64,000 nucleotides of DNA from Eledone cirrhosa (taxonomy: Eukaryota), in NCBI GenBank assembly GCA_964016885.1, contig OZ024740.1:236840001-236904000 (forward strand), written 5' to 3'. The translations under genes and the position numbers were made by a program. The notes below the pieces were generated by a model, which worked only from the letters and a program-made list of their open reading frames with translations, ran no database searches and was not told the DNA's origin. Each line of letters opens with the position of its first letter. Positions within the stretch are counted from its first letter, which is position 1. Below, piece after piece: positions 16,441-29,900 of this stretch.

Positions 16441-17392
16441 ATAATAATAATAATAGTAGTAATAATAGAAAAAAAATTAACTATGTATTAGGCTGCCAAA
16501 TCGATGCAATAGAAATTATAAAATATGAGATGTGTCTAAGAGAACAGTATTAGAATTTGGAAAGAAGTCTGTGGCATGAAATACTATACAGAATTGAATG
16601 CTGGGTCATCAACATCTAAGGCATTTCCTAGGAAACAGCAGTTGAGACCATTTTGCAAGATACCAGAAACTGTTCATAAGAAAATGATACTTTAAAATGC
16701 TCATGTGAAAATGATTCTGTAACATTTTGAACAATCATTTCGCATAGAATAGCTTATCAATCATGGTTGAGGATGGAAGATTAAAATGAAATATTAATAA
16801 AAAAAAAAATGATACATGAGATGAATGGAGGAAAATATCTGTAAAATAAGTATGGCTGTCATCTGTTAGTCGTCTCTGTGAAGGTTGTTTGGGTGTAGGC
16901 AATAGTCTGAGAACAAAGCTGTCAGCCATAGTTAAGAAATCATTAAGGTACGGTGAAGGGTACAGAGAAGTGAGGCCATTATAGGGAGCTATGGAACTGT
17001 CTTTTAAAGGAAGCCCTAAAAACAGTTTTCCATGAAGCTAAAAATATAAAGGCAGACACACAACAGCTAAGCCTGTTTAAAGGTCCCATTGACACACCTT
17101 TACATATGGGTAAAAGAATAGCTCTCAAAGGAATAGGAAGTCCTGGTTACATATGAAAATTATATTTTATATACACATGCGGCACTTGTTCACATTTCTC
17201 AATCATCCATACTCCTTTACATGTATATTTTTCTCTTTTTCTCTAATACATACACACACACTCTGCTGATATGATTGTTTGTTAAAAGAGATTTATCTAG
17301 TCATGGCTTTATAAACAGTTGAAACTGAGAGCTATGCAGAAACATTGGAGAAATATCACATTGCCACATGCAGTAAAACAGTGTTCTGGAAT

Positions 17393-17398
17393 TTTATT
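17393..17398 (-). terminator. candidate AATAAA polyadenylation signal of AP1AR
   Basis: AATAAA on the minus strand about 480 nt after the stop codon; chance matches are likely in this AT-rich background. Confidence 0.3.
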
Positions 17399-17876
17399 TT
17401 TTAGGATTTCAAATTACTTTTATGGAATCACAGATAAGATTGGTTTCATGGAAAGCAAAGAAAAATATATAACCTTAGTACAACTGAAAAATAACTTTAA
17501 ACAAAAAGTAAAAAAAAAAAAAATCAAAACAAAACATAACATAAAAGAAAATGTTGAAATATAAACATTGAAGTGAGCAATAGCAGCAGTAGTAGCAGGT
17601 CCGAGATTGGCTACACTTATAGAGTTGCAGCCTGGACAGGTAAGTGGACCAAGAAATAGCCATAAAGATATCAGGCACATGGTAAGTGGTTCACAACACC
17701 AGCGCACTGTCTGAACAGTGAGAAAAGTCTTTTAACAGTCACCTTCAAATGGTATGTCAAACATCTATTGTCACTAGCAGACAGTAATAGTTCCTTAGAA
17801 TTGTACTTTCGGCACCAAGGAGGGTAGCAATCCAATCCCAAAAATGTTTCATCAGTTGATATGTTGTTTGCTACTG

Positions 17877-18067
17877 TTATGTTCCTTTGCCACTTTTTCT
17901 CACCGTTAATAGTTGTTCTCTCTCAAGAACATCGGCACTGACATAATCATTGTCCCATTCGAGATCAGCAGAGTTTGCAGGACTGGTAGGGTGTAACATT
18001 TCTTGAGCAGCTAGGGCAACAAGATTTTCTTCTGTGGCTGATCGAGGTGCTTTATGGGGTATAATAC
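17877..18067 (-). CDS. AP1AR: AP1AR/gadkin-like terminal coding exon (stop TAA at 17877-17879)
   Basis: tttttcag|GT ATT...; phase 1 start. Encodes (G)IIPHKAPRSATEENLVALAAQEMLHPTSPANSADLEWDNDYVSADVLEREQLLTVRKSGKGT*, similar to vertebrate RSKTEEDIL...GLEWENDFVSAE. Confidence 0.93.
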
Positions 18068-18321
18068 CTGAAAAACAATGAAATAGATTGGTGTAGTAAC
18101 AGAAATAAAGGATAAGTTCAAGATAAGTACACAAGTAGATTGAAAACATTTAAAATACTAAACTAAGTTCAATAAGGTACATTACACAATTTTTATGAAG
18201 CCAATTCTTTTCAGAACACAACTGGTAATGGATTTAAAGATTTTGAACAAATTAATGAAAGAAATACATTTTACATGATTTAAAGTGAAAACACTAAGGT
18301 ACCAAACACTGGATACATAAT

Positions 18322-18514
18322 AATAATTGTTTCTACTTTTGGCACAAGGCCAGCAATTATCCAGTGTATTACTGGTACTTTATTTTATCGACCCCATAAG
18401 GATGAAAGGCAAAGTTAACCTCGGCGGGATTTGAACTCAGAATGGCAAGGGCCGTAACTCCATGCGTCAAAGCATGGCATCCGACCCTCTACCGATACTG
18501 CCAATCCACCGCCC
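18322..18514 (-). mobile_element. SINE family A full-length copy with 15-bp TSD
   Basis: Pol III A and B boxes; TSD atacataataataat at 18313-18327 and 18527-18541. Confidence 0.88.
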
Positions 18515-18574
18515 TTTTTTTATATAATACATAATAATAATAATATTTGGATACATAATAATAATAATAATAAT

Positions 18575-18714
18575 AATGGTTTCTGATTGAGGCACAAGGC
18601 CAACAATTTTTGGGGAGGGGGAAGTCAATTAAATCGACCCCAGTGCATTACTGATACTTTATTTTATCAACCCCGTAAAGATGAAAGGCAAACTGATACT
18701 GTCAATCCCCTGCC

Positions 18715-18749
<35 letters not shown>

Positions 18750-19025
18750 TGTTTCTACTTTTGGCACAAGGCCAGCAATTACCCAGTACATTACTGGTAC
18801 TTTATTTTATCAATAATAATACTTTCTAATTTTAGGCACAATATCAGCAATTTAGGGGTAGGGGAAAATTGATTAGATCAACCCTAGTACTTGGCTGGTA
18901 CTTTATTTTAACGACCTTGAAAGGATGAAAAGCAAAGTTGACTTTGGCAGGATTTGCACTCAGAACATAAAGAGCCAGAACAAATACTGCTAAACCTTTG
19001 TCCAACACTGTAACAACTCTGCCAA
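18575..19025 (-). mobile_element. nested partial SINE family A copies
   Basis: Three partial bodies joined through (AAT)n. Confidence 0.8.
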
Positions 19026-19044
19026 AAATAATAATAATGATAAT

Positions 19045-19510
19045 TCCGAAGCTAAACAAAAATGCAAGAATTTGGGGAGAGGGGTACAAACAGATAAAGA
19101 ACTACAACACAAAAGGCCTGACCTGGTGGGTTTTGACAAGGAAAAAAGATCTTGCTTAATTATAGATGTAGCTTGCCCCTTTGACACAGGAGTGCATGAA
19201 AAGGAGAGGGAGAAAATTAACTGGTACCAGGATCTAAAATGGGAACTGAAAAGATTTGGGACTGTCATGAAATCAAGGTCATCTCCATCGTCATACGAAC
19301 ACTAGGTACTGTCTCAAAGAGTTTCCAAGGCTGGCTAAAGACCTTCAGCCCAGCTACCTTTTTTTGGAACATTTCAAAAAATTTAACTACTGGGAACAGG
19401 AAGGACTCTTCAATACATCCTGAATATCTGAGACAGTGGGTAGTGGCTTGATGTTCATTAGAGCAATGTTTCCGTTTAAATAACATCAATGACAGAGATA
19501 TCAAATTCAT
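19045..19510 (+). mobile_element. 3' fragment of an R4/Dong-like non-LTR retrotransposon (restriction-like endonuclease)
   Basis: QTDKELQHKRPDLVGFDKEKRSCLIIDVACPFD...EKINWYQDLKWEL and VISIVIRTLGTV (PD-D/ExK RLE); flanked by (AAT)n. Confidence 0.82.
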
Positions 19511-19519
19511 AATAATAAT

Positions 19520-20040
19520 TATTATTTCTACATTTGCCATGAGGCCAGTAAAGTTGGGGTCAGGGAAAGTCAATTATATTGATCCTAGTACTTGACTGGT
19601 ACTTTATTTTATCAACCATGAACGGACAAAAGGCAAAATTGACCTTGGCAGGATTCAAACGCAGAATGTAAAGGTCTGTAACTATATGCTACAAAGCATT
19701 TTGTCTGACACTAATGATACTGCTAATCCACTGCCTTCACAGTAATATTAACAAAAATAGATTATTAACAACAAAGGCATCAAATGAGACATTAAGTAGA
19801 TGAAACACAAAAACACAAACTGTGGAAGTGTTTCATCAAGTGAAATGAAATATCAAATATAATAATTGTTTCTACTTTTGGCACAAGGCCAGCAATTACC
19901 CAGTGTATTACTGGTACTTTATTTTATCGACCCCATAAGGATGAAAGGCAAAGTTAACCTCGGCGGGATTTGAACTCAGACTATAAAGGGCCGTAACTCT
20001 TTGCTACCAAGCAAGGTGTCAGACCCTCTACCGATATTGC
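19520..20040 (-). mobile_element. two SINE family A copies (19520-19737 older, 19861-20040 young)
   Basis: Family A body with B box. Confidence 0.85.
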
Positions 20041-20054
20041 CATTCTTTTATACA

Positions 20055-21860
20055 TCCATTACAGGTGCTATGACGAAGTTCCTCCTCCAGCTCACCATGT
20101 CTAGCATTGCCATCTGAATTTCCCCTCCCTCCAACCTAGTGTCATCTTCAAGAACATCCTTCAGCATTGTGGTTCGTCTTCCAACTCAGCTGCATGTATC
20201 AAATTTCCAGAAAAGGACTCTGCCAGTAGGCTCATAGTGACATTTCACATGTAAGCTAATGTGAACCTCCTATGCCTTATGATGTCAGAAAGGCAAAGAT
20301 GTGAGCCATAAAGCGATTTCTTTGCTACATCTGTTCTCCAGGATGTGTTCTGGACCCTTCTTAGCATCTGGGTGAATGTGCCACTAATCCTCTTGGTGAC
20401 TATTTTTGTCAATGTCCATGACCCACATCTGTAGAGGAGAATGGACTCAACCGTTGCTTTGAATAGCCTCATTTTTGTGTTTTTCTTGATCACAGATACC
20501 TGCACTTTTGATAGGGAGTTGAGAGTCACTCATGCTTTGCTTATCCTGGGGTCCATGTCATACTCAGTGTTTATAAAACTGCCAAGATACAAGAAGTCAT
20601 CAACCTTCTCAATCTCCGAACCACCCAGCATTTGATTATTTGATGTTGCATTTTGCCAGCATTCAAGAAGAGTCATATGGATTGCACTGCAGCCTCCATT
20701 CTGTGTAACATGTCCTCAGTTTATTTTCCCAGAGAGCTATGTGATTTGCATAAGTCCTTTCAGGTAGAACTTCTTCCAGATGTCAGGTGCTTTGTCGACA
20801 TTTCAGTATTATTCTGCTTGATGGTGCAATGGCATTACGCAATGCATAATCAAGGCATATCACAAAAAGAAACGGAGCCAGAGGATCTCCTTGGAGGACT
20901 CTGGTGTCAATGGAGAATAGATCTAAGTTTTCCTTGGGTGTCATCCCAAGTGCTAAAGTATTTTCATACATGACTTTAATTGCATTCACAATCTGATGAT
21001 GAATCCCATACACAAGAAGGATTTTGAACATCATCTTTCAGTCGATCGAATCAAAAGCCTCCTTGAAATCTATGAATACAATTGGTGCCTACTTCTTGTG
21101 ATTCCGTACCTGCTCAATAATCTTTCTTGGAGTCAAGATGTGTGAGACAGTAGAGCAAATTGGCTGAAATCCATTTTGGCTGGAACGCAGTGTTGTTGAT
21201 ACTTAGTCTGATCCTATTGTAAGTCTTTGCTGCGATTTTCATAAGACTGATGTTGCTATAGTTGATGCAGATGGTAAGATCATCTTTCTTTGGTATTAGT
21301 ATTATTCCTGATATTCCCCATTTCGCAGGCCTGTGTCTTTCAAAGATTTTGATGCAGAAGTCTTTTAGAAACTTGTGAGCTTTGGGTAGTTTCCATAGGT
21401 CTAAAATTAGGCCATCAAGCCCAGGAGCTTTGCCTGGTTTCATTACCTTTAGTGCCTTGTCCACCTCTTCAATGGAGAATTCAGCAATGCTTATCTCTGA
21501 ATAGACTTAAAATACTGGCTCAATCGCTAAGTCTGGTTCACAATGATTGTCAGCTGATAGGAGTTTGCGAAAGTGTTCCCTCCAAGTCACAAGGGAGTCT
21601 TCCTCTTAGATATATACCACATTCTTTCTCTTTTTCTTACCAGAAAGTTCTTTTATCAGTCCCCCAAGTTCCTCTGGGTGTGTTGTTGTTTCTATTTTCA
21701 AAATCAGCCAGGGTTTGGTTGATTCTTTCGTCTGCCAGATGGTTGAAAGTACAGCAATGAAATTTCTGGTGATACTGTACATCTGAAACAGCAGATTTGA
21801 AGGTTTCACTTCTAACTGTAGCTATTGCTGCACTTTCCACAGTGAGTGTGGCTCAACATA
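20055..21860 (-). mobile_element. decayed RTE-clade LINE, reverse transcriptase region
   Basis: GKAPGLDG, LIPKKDDL, FIDFKEAFDSI, VLQGDPLAPFLFVICLDYAL, KMRLFKATVESILLY across broken frames. Confidence 0.85.
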
Positions 21861-21929
21861 CCTAGAGAATCTTGGAGATTGATAAAAGAACTTTCTGGTA
21901 AGAAGAAGAGGAAGGATGTGATATAAATC

Positions 21930-22230
21930 AATTTGGGAAAGATGTCACAGCAGTATTCAAGGGAAACCTAAAAACTGTTGTTATAAGTTGCTATTCACCT
22001 CACCATCACCTGCTGGAAGAAGTAGTTGAACAGTTTTATCATCAACTGAGTGCCACTGTCTCTGAAGTATTCCCTCATGCCATGCTAATTATTGGAGGAG
22101 ACTTCAATGCATAAATTAGAGGCAAATTTTCATACCACCAGAGTACTAACAAAAACAGCACATTTCTTGAAGAGTTTCTACATCAACATAATCTCATAGC
22201 TGGAAATACTACTTTCCAGAAATCAAAATG
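21930..22230 (+). mobile_element. AP-endonuclease fragment of a LINE, opposite strand to the adjacent RT
   Basis: TVVISCYSP...EQFYHQL...LIIGGDFNA...NLIAGNTTFQK. Confidence 0.78.
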
Positions 22231-22245
22231 AATAATAATAATAAT

Positions 22246-23585
22246 ATCTGCCATAAATGTGCTTGCAATCCCAGTTGTCACCTATAGATTCAAACGCTAA
22301 TGAAATAAAGAAAATAGACATCAAAATCACGAAACTTCTGACCTGTAATAAACTACATCACTCCCAAAGCACATATGGATTGCCTTTATCTCCCTAGACA
22401 AAATGTAGGTAGAGGAATGATCGAAACTAAGCTGTCATGCAAAATATCAACCATTGGGCTCAATCAGTACCTTAAAACTACAGATGATTGGATGATGAAA
22501 ATGGTTGCAGAACACAAAACGAAGAAGAGGTTACATTCAATCACAAAGGAAAGTAGCAAGTTTGCAGAAGATTGAGAATACAGTTTGAAAATGATAGCGA
22601 TTCTGCAATTGAAGCTGCAGGGAACATCAAAATGTTGGCAAAAGAGGAAGGCCAACAGAAACTGTGTATTAAATCAGAACAATACCACAGAATGGCAGTG
22701 TGTTTCTGTAGCAACGAGTCTGATGTAGAACAAATTTTTACCCTTTAGTGGCAGTGGAGTTCTGGGCTAAAAGTAGAGAGTGAGAGCTTCATTTTGACTG
22801 CACAAGACCAGTGTCTTTCAACGTGCAACTTTCAAGATGTGATAAGAAATGGAACTGACCCACAGAGTTGATTCTGTGATGAGCATGTTGAGACCATTGA
22901 CCACTAGGTATCAGGCTGCAAAGTATTAGCTCCCAGGCAATATAAGATGAGTCATGATAGAGTGGGGGGAATATTTACATTGGAAAATATGCAGGTTTTA
23001 TGGTATAAAAACAGAGGGAAAGTGGTACATCACCCAGATGCAGTAGCAGGAGGTGATAATGTGCCAATCTTATGGGGTTTCCTTGTGAACACTGACAGAA
23101 CAATGAAGGCCAACAGACATGATATAATTGTGAAGGACATTAAAGAGAAAACACGTTTCTTAATTGACAAGAGCATTCCATCAGATTGTAACATCCCGAA
23201 AGAGTTCTGAAAGCTCAATAAATATAAAGCTCTGACAATTGAAATGTGGCATCTTAAAACCTGTACAATACCAGTGATAGTCGGTGTACTTGGAACGATA
23301 CAGGGAACTGAAATTTATTTGGACCAAATAGCTGGAAAGCCATCTCTGCAAGAGATACAGAAAATAGTGCTCACTGGCACTGTCCTTGTCCCGAGAAGGG
23401 CATTATCAATTTAAAACCCTTGCAATGATATTTACTGTTGTTTGAGCCCTTGTGGCATCATTTGTGTGATAATTGATTGTAAAATGTGTGTATTATCAAA
23501 TTTTGCCTCAGGTGTCAGGTTGACACTCGGCAGGATTTGGAAAAAAAGCAGAATTCAAAGGGAGTTTCAAATAATAATAATAATA
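22246..23585 (+). mobile_element. decayed R4/Dong-like LINE, 3' half (post-RT region, CCHC knuckle, RLE) with (AAT)n tail
   Basis: AINVLAIPVVTY, LYLPRQNVGRGM, GLKVESESFILTAQDQ, ETIDH.VSGC, HDRV, TDRTMKANRHDII, IPVIVGVLG; bounded by (AAT)n at 22231-22246 and 23570-23585. Confidence 0.87.
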
Positions 23586-24339
23586 GTATTCTCAAATGGA
23601 ATAACCACATACAGAAAACCAGACCTTACCACAAACTTAAAATGTTTTCAACACAAAAGAAAGTGCCTTCTACATGCTGTTAGTTTACAAATGAAAATTG
23701 AGAGTTGAACCCACCACTCTGATCAACATAGAATTTACTAAAACTCAGGATTTCTTCCTCCATCCAAGCCACCCACTTCAAGTGATACTGGAAGAATAGA
23801 CTGAACCCTTTGTTTGAAATGAAAAGACTTGAAACTAATAAAACAACATGTAACCTATTTCTTTTCTCTATAGCTACCAAAAACAAAGACATTGCCCAAC
23901 CTTCCCTGTGGAAGAAGTATGACAAAGCAATGTTTACATGACACCTGGCAAACAACTTGATCTATAATGTATCATTTGTTCAATAAATACCCACAGAGAA
24001 ACAAGTGATAGGCTTGCTGCATGTAGTATCATCTTGTCTATCCAACTACATCACATGTTGTTTGTACAGTTTAAAAGTGTTCTGTTCCTCAGTACCACTC
24101 TTAACCCAAGAATTCCTGGAAGTTATCCATACTCTTGAGGATAAATAAGTATCAGTGTATCACTGATGGTACTTTCTGACCCAGTGTAGTGCTGAGAATG
24201 ACTGACAACACTCAAGATACCAATGTGGCAATTCTCAGTCTATATTTCATCAAAGCCTTCTTTATGGTAGTTCTATTTCTCCTGCCAACTTCCATTTCAA
24301 GTAGTAGTTCATTTGCTCTTGCTCGATAGGACTAGGGTC

Positions 24340-25090
24340 ATCCTAGGTCAGCAATCTCAGAGGCATCATCGTTTGTAGAGTTGACCAGGTCCAGCAGTGG
24401 CCTTCATTGCTGGTACTCCAATGCCAGTCCCTCTGCATCCCCGAAGGTGACGTTGAGCTTCTGGAGATCTTTAATCACATCTAGGCATCTAGTGCAGAGC
24501 CTGCCATGGGGGCCTCTTCCAGCCTGTGGCTGCTGTGTTAAATGAGAGTAAGGGCTAGGATAATTTGGCAGGAGGCGTTCTAGTGCATGTGACGGATGGC
24601 TATGAGATGGGAAGTCACAGGTTGATGTGTGAAGTAGTACTTTTAAAAATTGGTCAGAGCAAAAAAGAAGGACAACCTTTTTTTCTCATTGTTGACCATA
24701 CGACTTCCTTAAGCATGGTCATTGACAGAGGAAAATTGCCTGGACATGCTTGCAAAAAGAGGATAGTGTGACATTTTCAAAATAGATTTAGCTGACAGCC
24801 ATATCCATATTACACAAGATAGTAAGCATTTGCCATAATTTCACAGGTCAGCTATTACCAGACACTGAACAAGTGCTTGGATAGTGGTTCTTCTTACATC
24901 TGAAAGGGCATGATGATTTTTTCTTCTTTCTCTGAACTGACAGTGCATCTTAGTAAGAACAACCAGTGCCCAAAATTTTGAAAATATCCTTAATCCATGA
25001 CTGGAAAGTTTTCTGGAAAAGACCTGTTGATAACGTCTTTGATAATGAGCATATTGATGTTTATGGTTTCTATTAACCTCTATACAATGC
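24340..25090 (-). mobile_element. decayed RTE-like LINE 3' fragment
   Basis: Degenerate C-terminal GR-P-type segment and late RT-like segments; heavily frameshifted. Confidence 0.5.
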
Positions 25091-25179
25091 AAATATGGAC
25101 AAGATAGCAATTATATCTGCACAACATCAACCACTACTACCATTACTACTACTACTGCTGCTGCTGCTAATTATAATAA

Positions 25180-25450
25180 TAAAGGGAATTGAAAAATATT
25201 TGGTCTGGATACCTGGAAAGCCATCTCTGAAAGAGCTACATAAAATAGTGCTCACTGGCACTGTCCTTGTCCACAGAAGAGCATCTATCAAAAGCATTTA
25301 CTGTTGTTTGTGCCCTTATGGCATCCTTTGTATGACAATTGATTGTAAAATGTGTGTATTATCAAATTTTGCTTCAGGTGTCAGGTTGACACTCGGCATG
25401 ATTTGGGAAAGAATCAAAATTCAAAGGAAGTTTCAAATGATAATAATAAG
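25180..25450 (+). mobile_element. 3' end of the same R4/Dong-like family as 22246-23585
   Basis: High similarity to 23300-23585 (ggaaagccatctctg...aaatgtgtgtattatcaaattttgc...gtttcaaat). Confidence 0.85.
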
Positions 25451-27276
25451 AGCACTAAGGATGAACAACAGATGACTATTTCACTACTCTGAAAAATATT
25501 GATTAATATTGTTAAAATGATAACATAAAATTGAAAACAAATTATGAAAATGTTAAAGGATTCCTGTAAATAATAGATTATTAACTTAGTGAAATTTTAT
25601 TACTTTTTATCTCTTATAATTAATGTATTGCAAATGTTTGAACTAATAGTCAATTAGCCATCACATGTAAACACACTAATGGAGCATATGCCAAATAACC
25701 AGCAGACAGACTCAGACCCCTCAAACAGCACAAAGGAAAACTGTATTATTTACCTCAAAGTTAGAAAGGAATGCCTAAAAGTATGAAAAATTGTGCATGC
25801 AAAGCTCCTAGATTGCTAGAAAGAGCTAACCTTTTAGATATCAACTCAGCCAAACCTGGATCTAATTCTATGAAACAAAACCACCCATTTTAAATTAAAA
25901 TTGTCCAACAATTTTATATGTTAAGTTCCTATCTTCGTAATGAAACAATCAATAATTTTAGTACATCGCTCAAAGTTCTTCATAAAATAATCGAAATGAA
26001 TGTATTTTATTAGAAATGCAGTCACAAAATGTTTAAGCTGGTGCCAGAGGAAAACGATGAGAATCTAAATATGAGGTTAGATTTTATTCCTGAAGTGTCA
26101 CAAACAAAATAGAAAATTATATGAATGAACTGAAGGATACATTTCCTTGCAATACTCTACCTACAAAAAGGGAGTTCTATAACATAAATGTATAATATCA
26201 ATAGAGAAAACAACCTTACTTTAAATGTAACTTTATCAGACATAGAAACAGAGAACCTAAAGGAATGACTTGCGGAAAATACACACAACAAGCAAAAAAC
26301 ATCATGCAACAAAAATGCTAACAAGAACAAAGTCATGGTTTACAATAATGTAAACCATGAAGATAAATCTAACACATGCAAAATAAAAATAAATAAACAA
26401 ATAATTAAATAACAAAACTACAGAATCAAACCCTAACATACCTATATATTACTAACCAACAAAGACTAAATATAATTACATGAACAAAAATATGAATGAA
26501 AGTCAAAAAGAGAAAATTTGAAACATGAAAATTTTGATTATGTCAAGAGTATAAAGGTAGAAATAGTTGAATTAAAATCGATAGTATACATCAGCTACAT
26601 AGTCACTAAGGACAACTGGAGTTCTTTCAAACCATTCATAAAGGAATATCTAAACCAAAACAATGTGTAAAAAATAAAAATATAAGTGATAGTAAAATTA
26701 TATTATAAAACACCAAAATATAAAAAAACAACTGCTCATCAACACAAAACCAAAAGCTAGCAAACCACACCATATTTCAGCTGACCAATGCACGAATTTC
26801 AATGTAAACATGAACATTGTAAATTTCATTACTCAAATTGTTACACTGAATAAAAAAGTATAACACTTTCTCATTGATTGACCATGCATTTACAAGGAGC
26901 CAGCATAACACATAATACAGTACATGCAACAAAATTAGATAGAAAAACAATAGATAATACTACAATTATGTACAGAATCTCACATACAATAAGGATGCTT
27001 TACTAATATCAAATTACAAAATAAAAATTATACATAAAATTAACTATGAATCATAACAGGACTTAAACATTGAATGATCATTAAATCTAGCATTAAAGAT
27101 TTTACTTGTACTCCCATGATCCTTTGCAACCACAACAATGTGCATGAACAACATGCCATTATCATCATCATTCTTATTTAGAAGATGAGGCTGTGAAGGT
27201 CTAATGGATAGAGGAACACTATTGTCCCAAGTCAAACAAAGAACTAATAAAATTAAAAACATGGTGAACACGGTCG

Positions 27277-27311
<35 letters not shown>

Positions 27312-27599
27312 CATGACAGAGTTGGAGCTTTCATATAATGGAAATTTTTCTAACATTAAAAAATACTCATGAATCAACAAAGAAGCCTGTAAGTGGTGGT
27401 TGTTCAGCCTGTCTGTTAGAAATATCAATGAAATATCCCACAAACTACACCCAACTGTCTTTAAAATGGATTGAATATGTTATATATCGTAGTCCTATAT
27501 AGCTTTATACATAAAGAATGGTTATGATTGGAATGAATTTAATCAGGTATGGATGATGAGTGTTGATCTGGGGCTAAACAACAATAACCTACAGAAAAA

Positions 27600-28760
27600 A
27601 GATAATACAAACATACACCACAAAAGGTCTTAGAATGACAAAGTGACCATACTCTGGGACATATCAATTCATACAGATAGGGAGATTAAGAAAAATTACC
27701 CAGATGTTACCATCAAGAAAATAAATGTCTTTTAATTGAGGTATCAGTTCCAATGGCTGACAGTATATCTCTAAACAAAATGGAGAAAGTCTTCAAATAT
27801 AAAGATCTGGAAATAGAAATAACCAGAATATGGGGATTGAAAACAGAAATGATCCCCACAGGTACCTCGAGAATGATTAAAAAAACATGCAGGTAAATAA
27901 ATAACCAAAACCAAAAACTTACATCACACAGAAAATAGTACTACTAGGCACTGCTTACATATGTAGAGTATTTTCAATGCAATAAAAAATAACACCAAAA
28001 TAAAACAAAGCATGTACTGCAATTGGTTATGCAGTGAAAATGCAATAAAAATAAGACTATTGAAATAGAAACAACAACAATAACATTGATAATAATTAAA
28101 ATGCATATGAAAAATGCCTGGTCACCAACAACTAGAAAAATAAAATAGAGAAAAAAGAGAAAAAGATATTAACAGCAAAAGCAGACTGTGCAATCAATGA
28201 ATGAGACAATTTACTACTTAACAACAGGCTGTCTAGTCTTTTTCAAGTTAGATTATATACAGTTTGCCACATAAAATCAGGCTGTCTGTTAATCAGACAT
28301 GATTGAGTCAGAAGCTATGTCCACTCGACAATATGCCCAATCTCCAATATGAAAATGGATAAAAGAGTTAAAAACATGTGTCAAACACATTGCATGATGA
28401 CTTAACCACAATCACTTCGGACATGTCTGTCAAAATGGACTAGAAGATGAAGACAAACCATCCAAATATAATATAATAAAAGACTGGAATGAAAATGTTG
28501 TTACTTTGATAGTCATTTCAATCATTTCTTACCAAACCATTGTCCAAAGGAAGCCAAGAAACTGTCAAGGTACAAGGATCTTGAAATTAAAATAAGTAGA
28601 ATGTGAAGCAAGAATGTAACAACAGTCCCCATAATAATTGAAGTACTAAGTATGATAGAAAAATATGAGAAAAAATATACAAACCATCCGGGTCTCACAA
28701 CGTTACACAGTTCAAAATATAGCCCTGCTGGGCATAGTCTACATCCTAAGTACACTCTGC
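27600..28760 (+). mobile_element. older R4/Dong-like RLE fragments
   Basis: ILGHINSYR/TDREIKKNYPD-like, KYKDLEIEITRIWG and RYKDLEIKISR motifs. Confidence 0.7.
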
Positions 28761-29619
28761 ACACAACACATAACCTCTACAATAACCACCCAATAAAATA
28801 TCACAACTCGCACAACAACAAACAATATAACTCAACGCATGTTCAACATAATGCTCAACACTAAAACTCATATCACCAATCACACAGCATATATAAAACA
28901 CAATTCTATATTCCAAAATACAATGCTACATATACCTTAGCAAAGTTGATCTCAGTGGGATTTGAACTTAGAATGTAAAGAGTCAAAACCACTACAGCAA
29001 AACATTTTGTTTAACACTCTAATGATTATTACAATCTATTGCCCTTCATGATAGTAAAAATAATAATTTCTAACAGTAATAATTGTGATAATATAATGAC
29101 AGTATGAATTAAAGAAGTGTCAACAAACAGGAAAATATCAAAACAAAAGTGGAGAAAGCTAATACTTGTGTAAGTGATATTCACAATAAAAAATGAGTAT
29201 CAATTAGAAAAATCTTGGAATAGAATTTTTAACTGAAATATTTGTTATGTAACATACTAGACTGTTGCAAAGTTTTCCCACTAGAATAGCCATAAATAAT
29301 AGTGGAATGGTGCATGGACTGTAGGACAACTATTACACATAGAATATCAAATATTGTTATTACTAGCTAATGAAGGATTGTCTATATGGCCACATGAAAA
29401 ATAAATGCTTTGTTTAGGCTGCCCAATCTTGACCAAATCAGTATGCACATAGAAGCAGAATGAGTAAGTAGTTATATACATTAAGTAATATATACATGCA
29501 GTTATATTAGCATAGACAGTAAATGGTGCAGGTATTAATAAAACATAACTGAAAATGTCGTAGTCAGTCACAAATACAGAGATGGATCACAGAGATATAT
29601 CTATGAGAAATTATAAGGA

Positions 29620-29900
29620 AAAACTGTGCAAGAGTTCCAAAAGCTCAGTAAATATAAAGAGCTGACAGTAAATAGTATTGGCTGGCATTGGCCATGTCCT
29701 GAGAAAGATATTATCAATTTAAAAACCTTGTCAAGACATTTACTGTTGTTTATGCCCTTATGGCATCATTTGTATGACAAATGATTGTCATATGTGTGTA
29801 TTACCAAATTTTGCCCGAGGTGTCAGTTTGAAACTCAACATGAAATGAGGAAGAAGCAGAATTTAAAGGAAGTTTCAAATATAAATAATAATACTAATAA
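29620..29900 (+). mobile_element. 3' end of the R4/Dong-like family
   Basis: Matches the 23200-23585 3' region and ends in (AAT)n. Confidence 0.78.

Noticed and set aside
18322-20040. CRISPR-like repeated aataattgtttctacttttggcacaaggccagcaatt
   Set aside because: These are 3' ends of dispersed SINE copies with irregular spacing in eukaryotic DNA; no cas genes.
23590-24330. Short ORFs on both strands in apparently unique sequence
   Set aside because: No recognisable motifs or consistent splice and phase support; AP1AR homology continues directly from exon 38024 to exon 18067.
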